From the NCBI GenBank assembly GCA_047601445.1, contig JASGJH010000001.1, positions 8,160,001 through 8,224,000 on the forward strand: 64,000 nucleotides of DNA. Direction: 5' to 3'. The notes below the pieces were generated by a model. It saw only the letters and a program-made list of their open reading frames with translations. It was not told the origin of the DNA and did not search any database. The first letter of the stretch is position 1, and each line of letters starts with the position of its first letter. Origin of the DNA: Myxococcales bacterium (lineage in GTDB: Bacteria; Myxococcota_A; Polyangia; Polyangiales; DASUME01). A program made the position numbers and the translations under genes. Below, piece after piece: positions 47,965 to 57,272 of the stretch.

Positions 47965-48441
47965 TCAAAGGGTCGCGCCGTCAGACAACGACATTGCCTC
48001 GTATCCCTGGCCCACCACCGTGTCCATCGCCTTCACGACGTCCACGTACTGCACTCCGTCTTCCGGAGCGACCGTGATGTCCTTCTTGTTCGGCTCGAGC
48101 TCGCGACGTTCCTTGAGCTTCTTGACGAGCTCTTCGACGTCGTAGCTGTCGCCGTTCTTCGGGATCTCGGTCTTCTCGCCAGCCGTGGTGGCCAACACGA
48201 ACCCAGTCTTCTGAACCTGCAGGATCAGCTTGATCTGCGGCTCTTCCGGTGGGGGCGTGTCCATCTGCGGCTGACCAGGCTGTTGCTGGTTGGCGTTCAG
48301 GCGCGCCAACTGGTTCCAGACCGCGGTAACGAGCAGGAACATAACGCAGCAGAGCAGTAGATCGATGAATGGAACCAGCGGAATGCTGTGATCCACACTC
48401 TTCTTTCCACCGTGTCCGCCACCAGCGCTAATACTTGCCAT
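47965..48441 (-). CDS. aglQ: ExbD/TolR-family motor subunit, AglQ-like
   Basis: GGKKSVD..LVPFIDLL..FLLVTAVWNQLARL; VQYVDVVKAMD; symbol from recalled similarity only. Confidence 0.7.
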   Translation of the reverse strand: MASISAGGGHGGKKSVDHSIPLVPFIDLLLCCVMFLLVTAVWNQLARLNANQQQPGQPQMDTPPPEEPQIKLILQVQKTGFVLATTAGEKTEIPKNGDSYDVEELVKKLKERRELEPNKKDITVAPEDGVQYVDVVKAMDTVVGQGYEAMSLSDGATL

Positions 48442-48524
48442 GGAAGCACCTCACCATCGAAGCGCGCGGTTCCGCGCTGCGAGTAGTTGTTGCGACCCCG
48501 GGCCCCGAAAGGAGCCCGAGTAGA

Positions 48525-49178
48525 TCACGCAGCCTGCTGCAGCGTGGTCATGTTGATCTTCGAGCGGTTGCTCACGACCAGGTTGACGACCTGAACGGTC
48601 GCGCCGTTGATATCGTCGAGCAGGTGCTGGGTCTTGCCGTTGAGGAGCGCGAAGCCGATCAGCGCCAAGATAGCGGCCAGGAGGCCGAACGCGGTGCAGT
48701 TCATGGCTTCGGAAATGCCCTTCGCGAGCATGGTCGCCTTCGAGGAGGCGTCCGCGTTGGCGACGGCGCCGAACGCTGCGATGAGGCCCGTCACGGTGCC
48801 GAGCAGACCCGAGAGCATCGCGAGGTTCGCGAGCAGCGCGAGGTAACCGGTGCGCTCTTCGAGCTTGGGCAGCTCACGCAGGGCAGCCTCGTCCATGGCG
48901 GCCTGGACTTCGGAGTCCGGGCGGTTGACCTTCATCAGGCCCGCCTTGACGATGCGCGCGAGGGGCGCGTTCGCGGCCGAGCACATCTTGATGGCGCGAC
49001 CCACGTCGCCCGCGAGGATGCACTTCTGCATCGTGGCCAGGAACACGTCCTTGTTGATCGAGCTCTTGTAAACGAAGATCGCGCGCTCGACGATGATGCC
49101 GATAGCAAGGATTTGGAACAGCAAAATGGGGTACATGCCCCAGCCGCCTTCCTGGAAGTGATGCATCAGTGCTGACAT
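48525..49178 (-). CDS. aglR: MotA/TolQ/ExbB-family motor subunit, AglR-like
   Basis: GMYPI..IIVER, GLLGTVTGLI, GISEAMNCTAFGL; symbol from recalled similarity only. Confidence 0.75.
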   Translation of the reverse strand: MSALMHHFQEGGWGMYPILLFQILAIGIIVERAIFVYKSSINKDVFLATMQKCILAGDVGRAIKMCSAANAPLARIVKAGLMKVNRPDSEVQAAMDEAALRELPKLEERTGYLALLANLAMLSGLLGTVTGLIAAFGAVANADASSKATMLAKGISEAMNCTAFGLLAAILALIGFALLNGKTQHLLDDINGATVQVVNLVVSNRSKINMTTLQQAA

Positions 49179-49423
49179 GATCCGTGTCCTCCTCTGGTGC
49201 CGCTACGCGGCCAACGCTTTCAATCGATGCGTGTTCAATCACTCGCCCGCGCCTCCTCGAGAGGAGGACGGGCAAAAGCCGGTTCAATCAGAAGTCGCTC
49301 ACCTGACCTGGGGAAAGGTTCGACTCACAGGGGTCGAGCAGCGAGAGCCTCTCTGAATTTCGTCGCGAAAAGCTAGTAAAAACCCCTAAAAATCGCAAAT
49401 TCCGCGCTCGGCGGTGAGAGCGG

Positions 49424-49451
49424 ATGATACAGACCGAGTTCTGGGTGTCAA
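49424..49451 (-). promoter_or_regulatory. Putative sigma70 promoter of the aglRQS-like operon
   Basis: Minus strand TTGACA-N16-TATCAT. Confidence 0.55.
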
Positions 49452-50055
49452 CAGTGGAGTGAGGTCCACGACGGTTGACGGAGCCAGCGACGCGACGTGT
49501 CGTAAGTGCCGACGAAGACGGCACAAGTTCGCACGCGTGGCCTGGCTGGATTCCTACAGTAGAAGCACTCCCGGACGTGCGGTGACGAGGCCCCGAGCAG
49601 GCGATCGTGCGTTCCGCCCCACGCGAACGAAGTGCGATGTAGGGAAGCGTAAGCTCGGCGGCCCTGCGCCCGCGCGCGTCCGCGTCCATGGTCCGGCGAC
49701 CGCGCACCCCGACCGGGCAGCCACCCTGGGGGGCCTGGTCGGCGGGCTTCGAACGCAGCTTGTCCAAGGTCACTTGGTCCTTAGTGTCGCCTTGGGGGCA
49801 TAGGTTCCCGATTTGATCGCAACTTTGATCCCGGGGTGGTTCGGGCGGGGGAGGGGAAGCTCTCGGGGAGCAGGTGGGCGGAGCCGAGCGCGGTTTCGAG
49901 ATCGCCCGCGACCAAGGACGTCCGAAGACTTCACCCGCATGTCCGGGTCGCGACCGGACGGGTCCAGCCAGCCGATCGGGGCGAGACATAGGTCGCGCAG
50001 GCGCAAGAGAACGACATTGCGACGAAAAAACGCGCACCTTCGATCCTGACCTTCG

Positions 50056-50085
50056 TTGACAAGGCCGAAACTGGTGGGGTAGCGT
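50056..50085 (+). promoter_or_regulatory. Putative sigma70 promoter of the second motor operon
   Basis: TTGACA-N18-TAGCGT. Confidence 0.45.
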
Positions 50086-50272
50086 CCTCTTGCAGTTGCG
50101 ACTCACGGGGGACGATGAGCGCGCGAAAAACTGGTCGCGGTCACAGAGGCCCGTTAGCCTTGGGGCGTCGCGGGTTTGGACTCTGGGTCGACAACGGTTT
50201 CTTCCCAGGCGCGCGGCGACGGCTTGAGCCGGGGGATTTGCAGCATTTGGGCACTCGAAAGGAGCCTAGCTG

Positions 50273-50902
50273 ATGGAAAAGGTCTGGGAGGCGCTGACGG
50301 ACGGAGCGCCGTTCTCGTTCATCAACCTGGCGGTTCTCGCCTTGGTGCTCGCGATCATTGCAGAGCGAGCGGTCTACATTCTCACCAAGTACCGCGTGAA
50401 TAGCCGCGAGTTCATGGCCCAGATCCGAAAGCTGGTGCAGGCCGGCAACATCGATCGTGCGGTGAAGCTTTGCGAGGCAGCCCCGCTGCCTCTGCTCCAG
50501 GTGGTGAAGGCGGGTCTCACGCAGGTGAACCGCGGCGAGGACGCCATCATCGCGTCTATGGAAGAAAGAATGTCGGAGCTCATGCCCGAGCTCGAGAAGC
50601 GCATCGGCGCTCTCTGGTCGCTCGCGAACATCGCGACCCTGATCGGCCTTCTCGGCACCATCTCCGGTCTGATTCGAGCCTTCGCGGCGGTGGCCTTCGC
50701 AGAGCCCTCGCAGAAGTCGGCGCTGCTCTCGAAGGGTATCTCGGAAGCCATGTACAACACCGCGCTCGGCCTCGGCATCGCGGTGCTCTGCATGATCTTC
50801 CACCTGATCCTTCACGGTCAGCAGAAGAAGATTAAGCTCGATATGGAGCGCTCGACCATGAAGCTCGAGAACCTTCTCACGCTGAAGGCGAAGCCCGAGT
50901 GA
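50273..50902 (+). CDS. MotA/TolQ/ExbB-family proton channel subunit
   Basis: AGGAG RBS; IIAER, ATLIGLLGTISGLI, GISEAMYNTALGL. Confidence 0.92.
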   Translation: MEKVWEALTDGAPFSFINLAVLALVLAIIAERAVYILTKYRVNSREFMAQIRKLVQAGNIDRAVKLCEAAPLPLLQVVKAGLTQVNRGEDAIIASMEERMSELMPELEKRIGALWSLANIATLIGLLGTISGLIRAFAAVAFAEPSQKSALLSKGISEAMYNTALGLGIAVLCMIFHLILHGQQKKIKLDMERSTMKLENLLTLKAKPE

Positions 50903-50903
50903 C

Positions 50904-51461
50904 ATGGCGAAGCTGACTTCGCAGCAGCGGGCGTACATCCGCCGGCGGACCAAGATCCACGAGCCAGATCCGTCGGAAATCGCGGGCGAACTCAACATCG
51001 TCCCGTTCCTCGACATCGTGGTGAACCTGATCATGTTCCTTCTCGCGACCAGCGAGGCGGTGTTGGCCATCGTTCAGATCGAGGCGCAGCTTCCCCAGCT
51101 CGGCGGGCGCGCAGGCGCGGGTGCGGCTCAGGAGCCGGGCCTCAACCTGAACGTCACCGTGACCGACGCCGGCGTCATCGTCACCGGCTCGGGCGGCAAG
51201 CTCGCACCGGGCTGTCAGGACGTTTCGTCCGGTCGCGTGCTCACGGTCCCGAAGGTCGGAAATAACTACGACTGGAAGGGGCTCACCGAGTGCGTCGCCA
51301 AGATCAAGGCCGTGCCGAAGTTCGCCGATGAGCACGACGTGATCATCGGTGCCGACCCCATGATCCACTACGAGCACGTGGTGGCCGCCATGGACGCGGT
51401 ACGTGGAGACGGCAAGAACGCACTCTTTCCCGATGTCCTGCTTTCGGCCGGCGTGCGCTGA
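50904..51461 (+). CDS. ExbD/TolR-family protein
   Basis: GELNIVPFLDIVVNLIMFLL; IHYEHVVAAMDAVR..LFPDV. Confidence 0.9.
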   Translation: MAKLTSQQRAYIRRRTKIHEPDPSEIAGELNIVPFLDIVVNLIMFLLATSEAVLAIVQIEAQLPQLGGRAGAGAAQEPGLNLNVTVTDAGVIVTGSGGKLAPGCQDVSSGRVLTVPKVGNNYDWKGLTECVAKIKAVPKFADEHDVIIGADPMIHYEHVVAAMDAVRGDGKNALFPDVLLSAGVR

Positions 51462-51480
51462 GGCATAAGGAGCTCCTGCT

Positions 51481-52072
51481 GTGTCCGAAGACAACGAGCC
51501 TTTTGCGACAGCTTCCCAGGTCAAGCGCATCATCCGCCGTCGCCTGGGCAAGCACACGCCTCACGAGGAAATGGGTCTGAACATCTATCCGATGATGGAT
51601 ATGATGACGATCCTCCTGGTGTTCCTGATCCAGAGCTTCGCCCAGTCGAGCGCCGCTAACGTGGTGCAGAGCGACGAGCTCCAGATCCCACAGTCCTCAG
51701 CTGAAGAAGACGTAGACGCCGCGCTCTCCATCACCATCTCCGGCAGCGGAGATCGTGGTCGAGGGCAAGCAGGCGCTCTCCCTGCGCAACGGCCAGGTGG
51801 ACCCGAGCCAGAAGCAGGGCGGCTCCAACGGCTTCCTGGTCACGCCGCTGTTGAACGTGCTTCAGCTCCACCGCGATCGCCTCAAGCTCATCGCGCAGAG
51901 TCAGGGTGGCCGTGCCTTCAAGGGCGAGGTGCAAATCATCGCCGACAAGCGCACGCCCTACCGCACCTTGGTCGAGGTCCTCTACACGATGGGCCAGGCC
52001 GAGTTCAAAGCCATGCGCTTCGTGCTGCTCAAGGGCGCCGGCGCGGGTGCCACGGCCGCCGCAGCCCACTAG
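51481..52072 (+). CDS. ExbD/TolR-family protein with an apparent +1 frameshift at ~51748
   Basis: LNIYPMMDMMTILLVFLI in the first frame; EIVVEG..IIADKRTPYRTLVEVLYT in the next; removing one G at 51748-51749 joins them. Confidence 0.85.
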
Positions 52073-52092
52073 GGCTGAGCGACCGCGCCCCT

Positions 52093-54375
52093 TCAATCGA
52101 GCCCGCGGCGAAACGCCAGACGAGCCAGGAAGTCCGAGGCATCGAGCTTGTCTGAGAGCGAGGCGCCTGGGGCTTCGCTCAATTCGACGTAGCAGGCCTG
52201 GCTTTCATCCATGGCTCCCGCCAAGAACGCGCTGAGGCCGTGCAGCCGCAGGGCCTCGAGGCGCAGGCGCGGCGTGGCCAGTCCAGCGGAGCGCGCCTGC
52301 CGAATCAGGGGCAAGGCCAGGTCGGGACGGTTGGCGCTGAGCAGCTGCCGCGCTTCGAGGTAGGGCGCGAGTCCATCTTTGCGGACCTGCTTCAGCTCCT
52401 GGATCAAGAACATGGCGCTACGCGGGTCGAGCTCGGTTCCGACCCGACCGATCAGCAGCTCACCGACGAGCTTGCGCGTGGGATCGCCCGCCTGGAGCGC
52501 GAGCAACTTGACGTCGAGCTGGCGGAGCTCCGACTCCCCCTGTGGTTCGCCCAACAGGATCCGATAGCTGCGCTCCGCCCGCGCGAAATCACCTGCCATG
52601 AAGGCTGCGTCCGCGATGCCGACTTCGGCGCGCGCGACCGCCGGACGGGGCGTGGTGGGCGATTCCTTCATGGCGTCCAGAGCGTCGGCTGCCTCGGTCA
52701 TCTTGCCGGCGCGGGCCAGCGTGCCGGCCAACACCGCGCGCGTGCCCGAGTTCTTGGGGTCGATCTCCAGAACCTCGCTGCACTTCTCGATGGCTCGCGG
52801 CAGATCCCCCGCGGATAGCGCAGCAGAGAGCTCGCCTTCGAGGCGGTCGATGGCGTGGGGACAAACCTGGGAGAACACGCCTGCGCGCTCGAAGCGCTGC
52901 TTGGCGAGCGCGGGAGCGGTTGCGGGCAGGGGCACCTGAGCGAGGTACGCACGCCAGGCTTGCTCGAGCTTCGGCAGCGGCTCTCCCAGCGCCTTCGCGG
53001 CGTCGCCCTCTGCGTAGACCTTACGGAGCGCAGGGGCGCCGCGGGTGTCCAACACGAAACGCAAGAAGCTCCCGGCCAGCGTGTAGCCGAGCTGCTGGTT
53101 GTGGCTGAAGAAGCGCGGCCCGAGCATCTCCGAGAGGGAAGGCGCGAGCTTGGCTTCCTGGGCCGCCTTGGCCCATTGATGCGGGGTCAGCTCGTCGCGC
53201 GCCACGGGCTCGAGCGCCACCGCCATGCCCTCCACCAGTACGGGCTCTGGGATCAAGCCGCCGAGCTTGCCGGGGACGCCGAAGAACCCCCGGGCCGCAT
53301 TGCGGGCCACGACATGGGCCAGTTCGTGCGCCAGCACCGGGTGCGGGAAGTCCTGATCTTGCAGGTACACCTCGCGCCGCCAGGGTTTGGCGATGTACAC
53401 GCGCATGGCGCCCATCAGCGCGCGCTTCTCCTGGGGCGACCGAAAGAAGTACGCCGTGATCGGCTTGGACTCTTTCACACCCAGGCTGTGCTCCAGCTGC
53501 CCCACGCGAAATGCACAGTCTTCGGCGATCCGAGCGCCTTCCACGAGGTCGAGCTCGCGCGGCACCACCACGTGGCAACGCGGCCCCTGGATCACCTTGC
53601 CCAGGCGATGCGCGATGAAGGCGCTGCTCGTGTGATGACCGAGATCCTCACCGCGGCGCGCTGCGCTCAACGCGGCCACGGCACTCAGCACCGCGAGCCC
53701 GCCCAGCAGGGAGTTCCTGCGCGGGCCGTACACGAGCACCATCCCGCTGCGCGGCTGTCGCGTGGCGGCCAGGAATGCCCACAGGCCGAAGCCGATGGCA
53801 CCCGAGATCAAGCGGTGGCTGAGCCAGGCGTCGGGGACGTCGATGCGTCGGTCGTAGAAGGTGCCGGGGAAATACCCGAAGAAGTGCCCGAACGCGAAGA
53901 TGCCAGGCGTGGACACGAAGTCGTAGAGCGGGCGCACGACGGCGAGGATGGGTAACAGCGCCGCGCACCAGGTCGCGAGGCGGGTGGACCGAATCGTGGC
54001 TCCAAGAGTGCAGCCACACACCGCGGCCAGGCTCACGCCGAGCCAGGGACCAAGTGCAAGGAACGAGAGGCCGCGCCATGGATCGCAGCTCTTCACCCGC
54101 AGCGCGTTGAGCGCCAGGAGCACGACCGGGCCCAGCACCACTAACCAGCCCGCGAAGATCGCCTGACCCACCAGCGCTTCCGTGCGCACCCCGCGCCCAC
54201 GAGCGGCGCAGGCCAGGCGAGCCCCGAGGGCGCACGCCCATGGCGATAGGGCGAGCGCGAGCACCAGCGCGCTCTCGGGGCCCCAGCCGCTCACCAGCGG
54301 CGTCACGCACAACACCAGGCCCAAACACAGCGAGAAGCCCAGTGCCCAGCGTGTGGTGCGAAGAGTGAACAACAT
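52093..54375 (-). CDS. Multi-pass membrane protein with gluzincin-like metallopeptidase motif and TPR region
   Basis: Several N-terminal TM helices; LAHELAH..LVEGMA; TPR-like C-terminus. Confidence 0.75.
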   Translation of the reverse strand: MLFTLRTTRWALGFSLCLGLVLCVTPLVSGWGPESALVLALALSPWACALGARLACAARGRGVRTEALVGQAIFAGWLVVLGPVVLLALNALRVKSCDPWRGLSFLALGPWLGVSLAAVCGCTLGATIRSTRLATWCAALLPILAVVRPLYDFVSTPGIFAFGHFFGYFPGTFYDRRIDVPDAWLSHRLISGAIGFGLWAFLAATRQPRSGMVLVYGPRRNSLLGGLAVLSAVAALSAARRGEDLGHHTSSAFIAHRLGKVIQGPRCHVVVPRELDLVEGARIAEDCAFRVGQLEHSLGVKESKPITAYFFRSPQEKRALMGAMRVYIAKPWRREVYLQDQDFPHPVLAHELAHVVARNAARGFFGVPGKLGGLIPEPVLVEGMAVALEPVARDELTPHQWAKAAQEAKLAPSLSEMLGPRFFSHNQQLGYTLAGSFLRFVLDTRGAPALRKVYAEGDAAKALGEPLPKLEQAWRAYLAQVPLPATAPALAKQRFERAGVFSQVCPHAIDRLEGELSAALSAGDLPRAIEKCSEVLEIDPKNSGTRAVLAGTLARAGKMTEAADALDAMKESPTTPRPAVARAEVGIADAAFMAGDFARAERSYRILLGEPQGESELRQLDVKLLALQAGDPTRKLVGELLIGRVGTELDPRSAMFLIQELKQVRKDGLAPYLEARQLLSANRPDLALPLIRQARSAGLATPRLRLEALRLHGLSAFLAGAMDESQACYVELSEAPGASLSDKLDASDFLARLAFRRGLD

Positions 54376-54393
54376 GGAGGGAGGGCGAACGCC

Positions 54394-56772
54394 TCAGGTC
54401 GGCATAGCAGCCACGGGCCGGTCGGGCGATGCGGTGGGCATGCGCTCGAGAGCCAAGGCCAGGGCTTCCTCCACGTGGGCAATCAAGTGCACCTGCATGG
54501 CCGAGCGGATCTCCTTTGGCACCTCGTCGAGATCCGGCGCGTTGAGCTTGGGCAGGATCACGTGCTTGATGCCCGCCCGGTGTGCGGCCAGGAACTTGTC
54601 CTTCACTCCACCCACGCGCAGCACGTTGCCGCGCAGGGTCACCTCGCCCGTCATGGCCACGTCGGGGCGCACCTTGATGCCGGTGAGCATCGAGCAGAGC
54701 GAGACTAGGATGGCGATACCCGCCGACGGACCGTCCTTGGGAATTCCGCCCTGAGGCAGGTGCACGTGGACGTCGATCTTGGAAAGGAAATCGGCGTCGA
54801 GCGAGAGCTTGGCCGCGCGCGCACGCAAGTAGGTGAAGGCCGCCGCCGCCGACTCCTTCATGACGTCGCCCATCTGACCGGTGAGGTGCACCATGCCCTT
54901 GCCCGGCATGCGCATCGACTCCACGAACATGAGGTCGCCGCCCGAGGGCGTCCACGAAAGACCGGCCGAGATGCCCACCTCGGCGCTGCGCTCGGCCATC
55001 TCCTTCTCGTGAGACGCGGGCCCAAGCACCTCTTGAATGGTCGCGTTGTCGCAGGTCACGTACACGTCTTCACCACGCGCCAGGCGCACGGTGACGTGTC
55101 GGCAGACCGAGGCCACGCGCTGCTCCAGCGTGCGCACGCCGGCCTCACGCGTGTAGCTGTCGACCAGTGTATCGATGGCTTCGTCGGTGAACTCCAGGCG
55201 TGCCGGGGTCAGGCCGTGCTCGCTGAGCTGGCGAGGAATCAAGAAGTCCCTGGCGATGGCCTTCTTTTCGTCGCGCGTGTAGCCCGGGATCTCGATGACC
55301 TCCATGCGGTCCAGCAGCGGTCCGGGGATGGTGTCCTTGCGGTTGGCTGTCGCGATGAACAGCACCGAGGAGAGATCGACGGGGACCTCGAGGTAGTGAT
55401 CCGTGAAGGTGCTGTTCTGCTCCGGATCGAGCACCTCGAGCAGGGCGCTGGCAGGATCGCCGCGATTGTCGCGCCCGAGCTTGTCGATCTCGTCGAGGAT
55501 GAGCACCGGGTTCTTGGCGCCCGCTTTCTTGAGCGCGCCGATGATGCGCCCCGGGAACGAACCCACGTAGGTCCTGCGATGGCCCCGGATCTCGGCCTCG
55601 TCGGACACGCCGCCCAGGGATACGCGCTGGAACTGACGTCCGGTGGCGCGCGCGATGGAGCGACCGAGCGAGGTCTTGCCCACACCCGGCGGTCCCACCA
55701 AGCAGAGGATGGGGCCACGCTGGTTCATGCGCAGCTTGCGCACCGCGATGAACTCCACGATGCGGCGCTTGGCCCGCTCGAGTCCGTGGTGATCCTCGTC
55801 GAGCACGCGGCGCACCTCTGCCACGTCGAGGCGATCGGGCGTGGCCTTGCCCCAGGGCAAGTCGGCCAACCACTCCACGTAGGTGCGAGCCACCTGGTAT
55901 TCGGCGCCGCTGGCCGCCATGGTGCGCATGCGGCTGAGCTGCTTGCGCGCAGCGCGTTCGGCATCGGGCGGAAGATCTGCGCGCGCGATGCGATCGCGCA
56001 GCTGCTCGAGCTCGTCCTCGTCCTCCTCGCCCTCACCGAGCTCACGTCGGATCGCGCGCATCTGCTGGCGCAGCAGGAACTCGCGCTGGGAGCGCGACAT
56101 CTCTTCTTGAACCATGGTCGAGATCTCCTGCTTCACGCGGTAGACCTCGGACTGGCGGTTCAGCAGGTCGAGCACCTTGCGCAGGCGATCGCGCACGTCG
56201 AGGAGCTCGAGCACGGTCTGCTTTTGAGCGGTTTGGATGGGCAGGTTCGACGCCACCAGATCGGCCAACGCGCCCGCTTCCTGCACGTTGTCGAGCGCCT
56301 GAGCGGCCTCGCGCGGCAGTTGCGGCAGTTGGGCCATCAGCTTGCGCGCGGACTCGCGCAGGTGGACCGTGAGGGCGTTGATCTCCACGTCCCGACCCGG
56401 GCGTTCCACGATGCGCTCTACACGGGCGCGCAGCGTCGGCCGAGTCTCGAGCGGCTCCAGCATGCGCATGCGGGCCACGCCCTGCAGCACCACGCTGTAG
56501 TTGCCCGAGCTGAGTCGGATGACCTTGAGAATGCGGGCGACCGTGCCCATCTGATACAGGTCCGCGAACTGCGGATCCTCGGTTTCGGCGACCTTCTGCG
56601 CCACCACGCCGATGGTGGGGCGCTCGCCGCCGAAGGCCTCTTCGATCAGCCGCACCGAGCGCGGCCTTCCCACGTTTACCGGCACGACCGAGGCCGGGAA
56701 AAGCACGGAATTGCGGAGCGGCAAAATGGCGAGGGACTCTGGACTTGCAGGCGGAATCATCGAGTCAGTCAT
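54394..56772 (-). CDS. lon: ATP-dependent Lon protease (alternative start 56790)
   Basis: LPLRNSVLFP, GPPGVGKTS, RGHRRTYVG, PKDGPSAG, VGGVKDK. Confidence 0.97.
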   Translation of the reverse strand: MTDSMIPPASPESLAILPLRNSVLFPASVVPVNVGRPRSVRLIEEAFGGERPTIGVVAQKVAETEDPQFADLYQMGTVARILKVIRLSSGNYSVVLQGVARMRMLEPLETRPTLRARVERIVERPGRDVEINALTVHLRESARKLMAQLPQLPREAAQALDNVQEAGALADLVASNLPIQTAQKQTVLELLDVRDRLRKVLDLLNRQSEVYRVKQEISTMVQEEMSRSQREFLLRQQMRAIRRELGEGEEDEDELEQLRDRIARADLPPDAERAARKQLSRMRTMAASGAEYQVARTYVEWLADLPWGKATPDRLDVAEVRRVLDEDHHGLERAKRRIVEFIAVRKLRMNQRGPILCLVGPPGVGKTSLGRSIARATGRQFQRVSLGGVSDEAEIRGHRRTYVGSFPGRIIGALKKAGAKNPVLILDEIDKLGRDNRGDPASALLEVLDPEQNSTFTDHYLEVPVDLSSVLFIATANRKDTIPGPLLDRMEVIEIPGYTRDEKKAIARDFLIPRQLSEHGLTPARLEFTDEAIDTLVDSYTREAGVRTLEQRVASVCRHVTVRLARGEDVYVTCDNATIQEVLGPASHEKEMAERSAEVGISAGLSWTPSGGDLMFVESMRMPGKGMVHLTGQMGDVMKESAAAAFTYLRARAAKLSLDADFLSKIDVHVHLPQGGIPKDGPSAGIAILVSLCSMLTGIKVRPDVAMTGEVTLRGNVLRVGGVKDKFLAAHRAGIKHVILPKLNAPDLDEVPKEIRSAMQVHLIAHVEEALALALERMPTASPDRPVAAMPT

Positions 56773-57066
56773 CTCAGCTCCTGGAACCATAGTTTCCCCT
56801 ACTGCGCGGAGTCTGACCAGATCCCACACCGCCCGAATGGCACCGCGGGCGGGTGCGGGACTCAAGATTTCCGAACCGTTTTCGGCTCGGGCGTGCGGGG
56901 ACTTTTGTGCGGCCTGGGGACCATGCGATGCTTTGCGCGGAACGTCGCCTGTAGTAGATCCTTTGACCGTCTACTGCCGGTGTGCGACTGTCACCTACAC
57001 GGTGAGTCAACAGGGGCGAGGCTTCGGTTCGTGGGCCGCGATTGGGCGGTCCCAGCGGGAGGGTTG

Positions 57067-57261
57067 ATGTTGTCGTTGCGATCTGCCGGTTTGCTTTCGG
57101 CTCTAGTCATGAGTTCGGGTTGCAACGGCATCTTCTGGGGAAACTTGGGCGTGCTTTGCGTGACCGTCGGCATCTTTCTCGGCACGGTGTTCCTGAGCCG
57201 AAATAGCAACGCCCGCACCGCGACTCGCTCCACGCCCCCGTCCTCGTCCACGAACACCTGA
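57067..57261 (+). CDS. Small (64 aa) lipoprotein/membrane protein
   Basis: GGAGGG RBS; MLSLRSAGLLSALVMSSG-C, then TM GIFWGNLGVLCVTVGIFLGTVFL; ends 11 nt before the next gene. Confidence 0.65.
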   Translation: MLSLRSAGLLSALVMSSGCNGIFWGNLGVLCVTVGIFLGTVFLSRNSNARTATRSTPPSSSTNT

Positions 57262-57272
57262 TCGCGAGAGTC

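Noticed and set aside
49305..49340. GGTTCGACTC resembling a tRNA T-loop
   Set aside because: No T-stem, acceptor stem or cloverleaf can be built.
49288..50106. 272-aa ORF between the motor operons
   Set aside because: Arg/Pro/Ser-rich, non-coding-like composition; overlaps the predicted promoters.
54760..57066. Long + strand ORF opposite lon (likewise 58438-60813, 3651-5492, 909-2504, 38826-40802)
   Set aside because: Antisense shadow ORFs expected from high GC3 codon bias; no motifs. Only the last 64 codons (57067-57261) look real.
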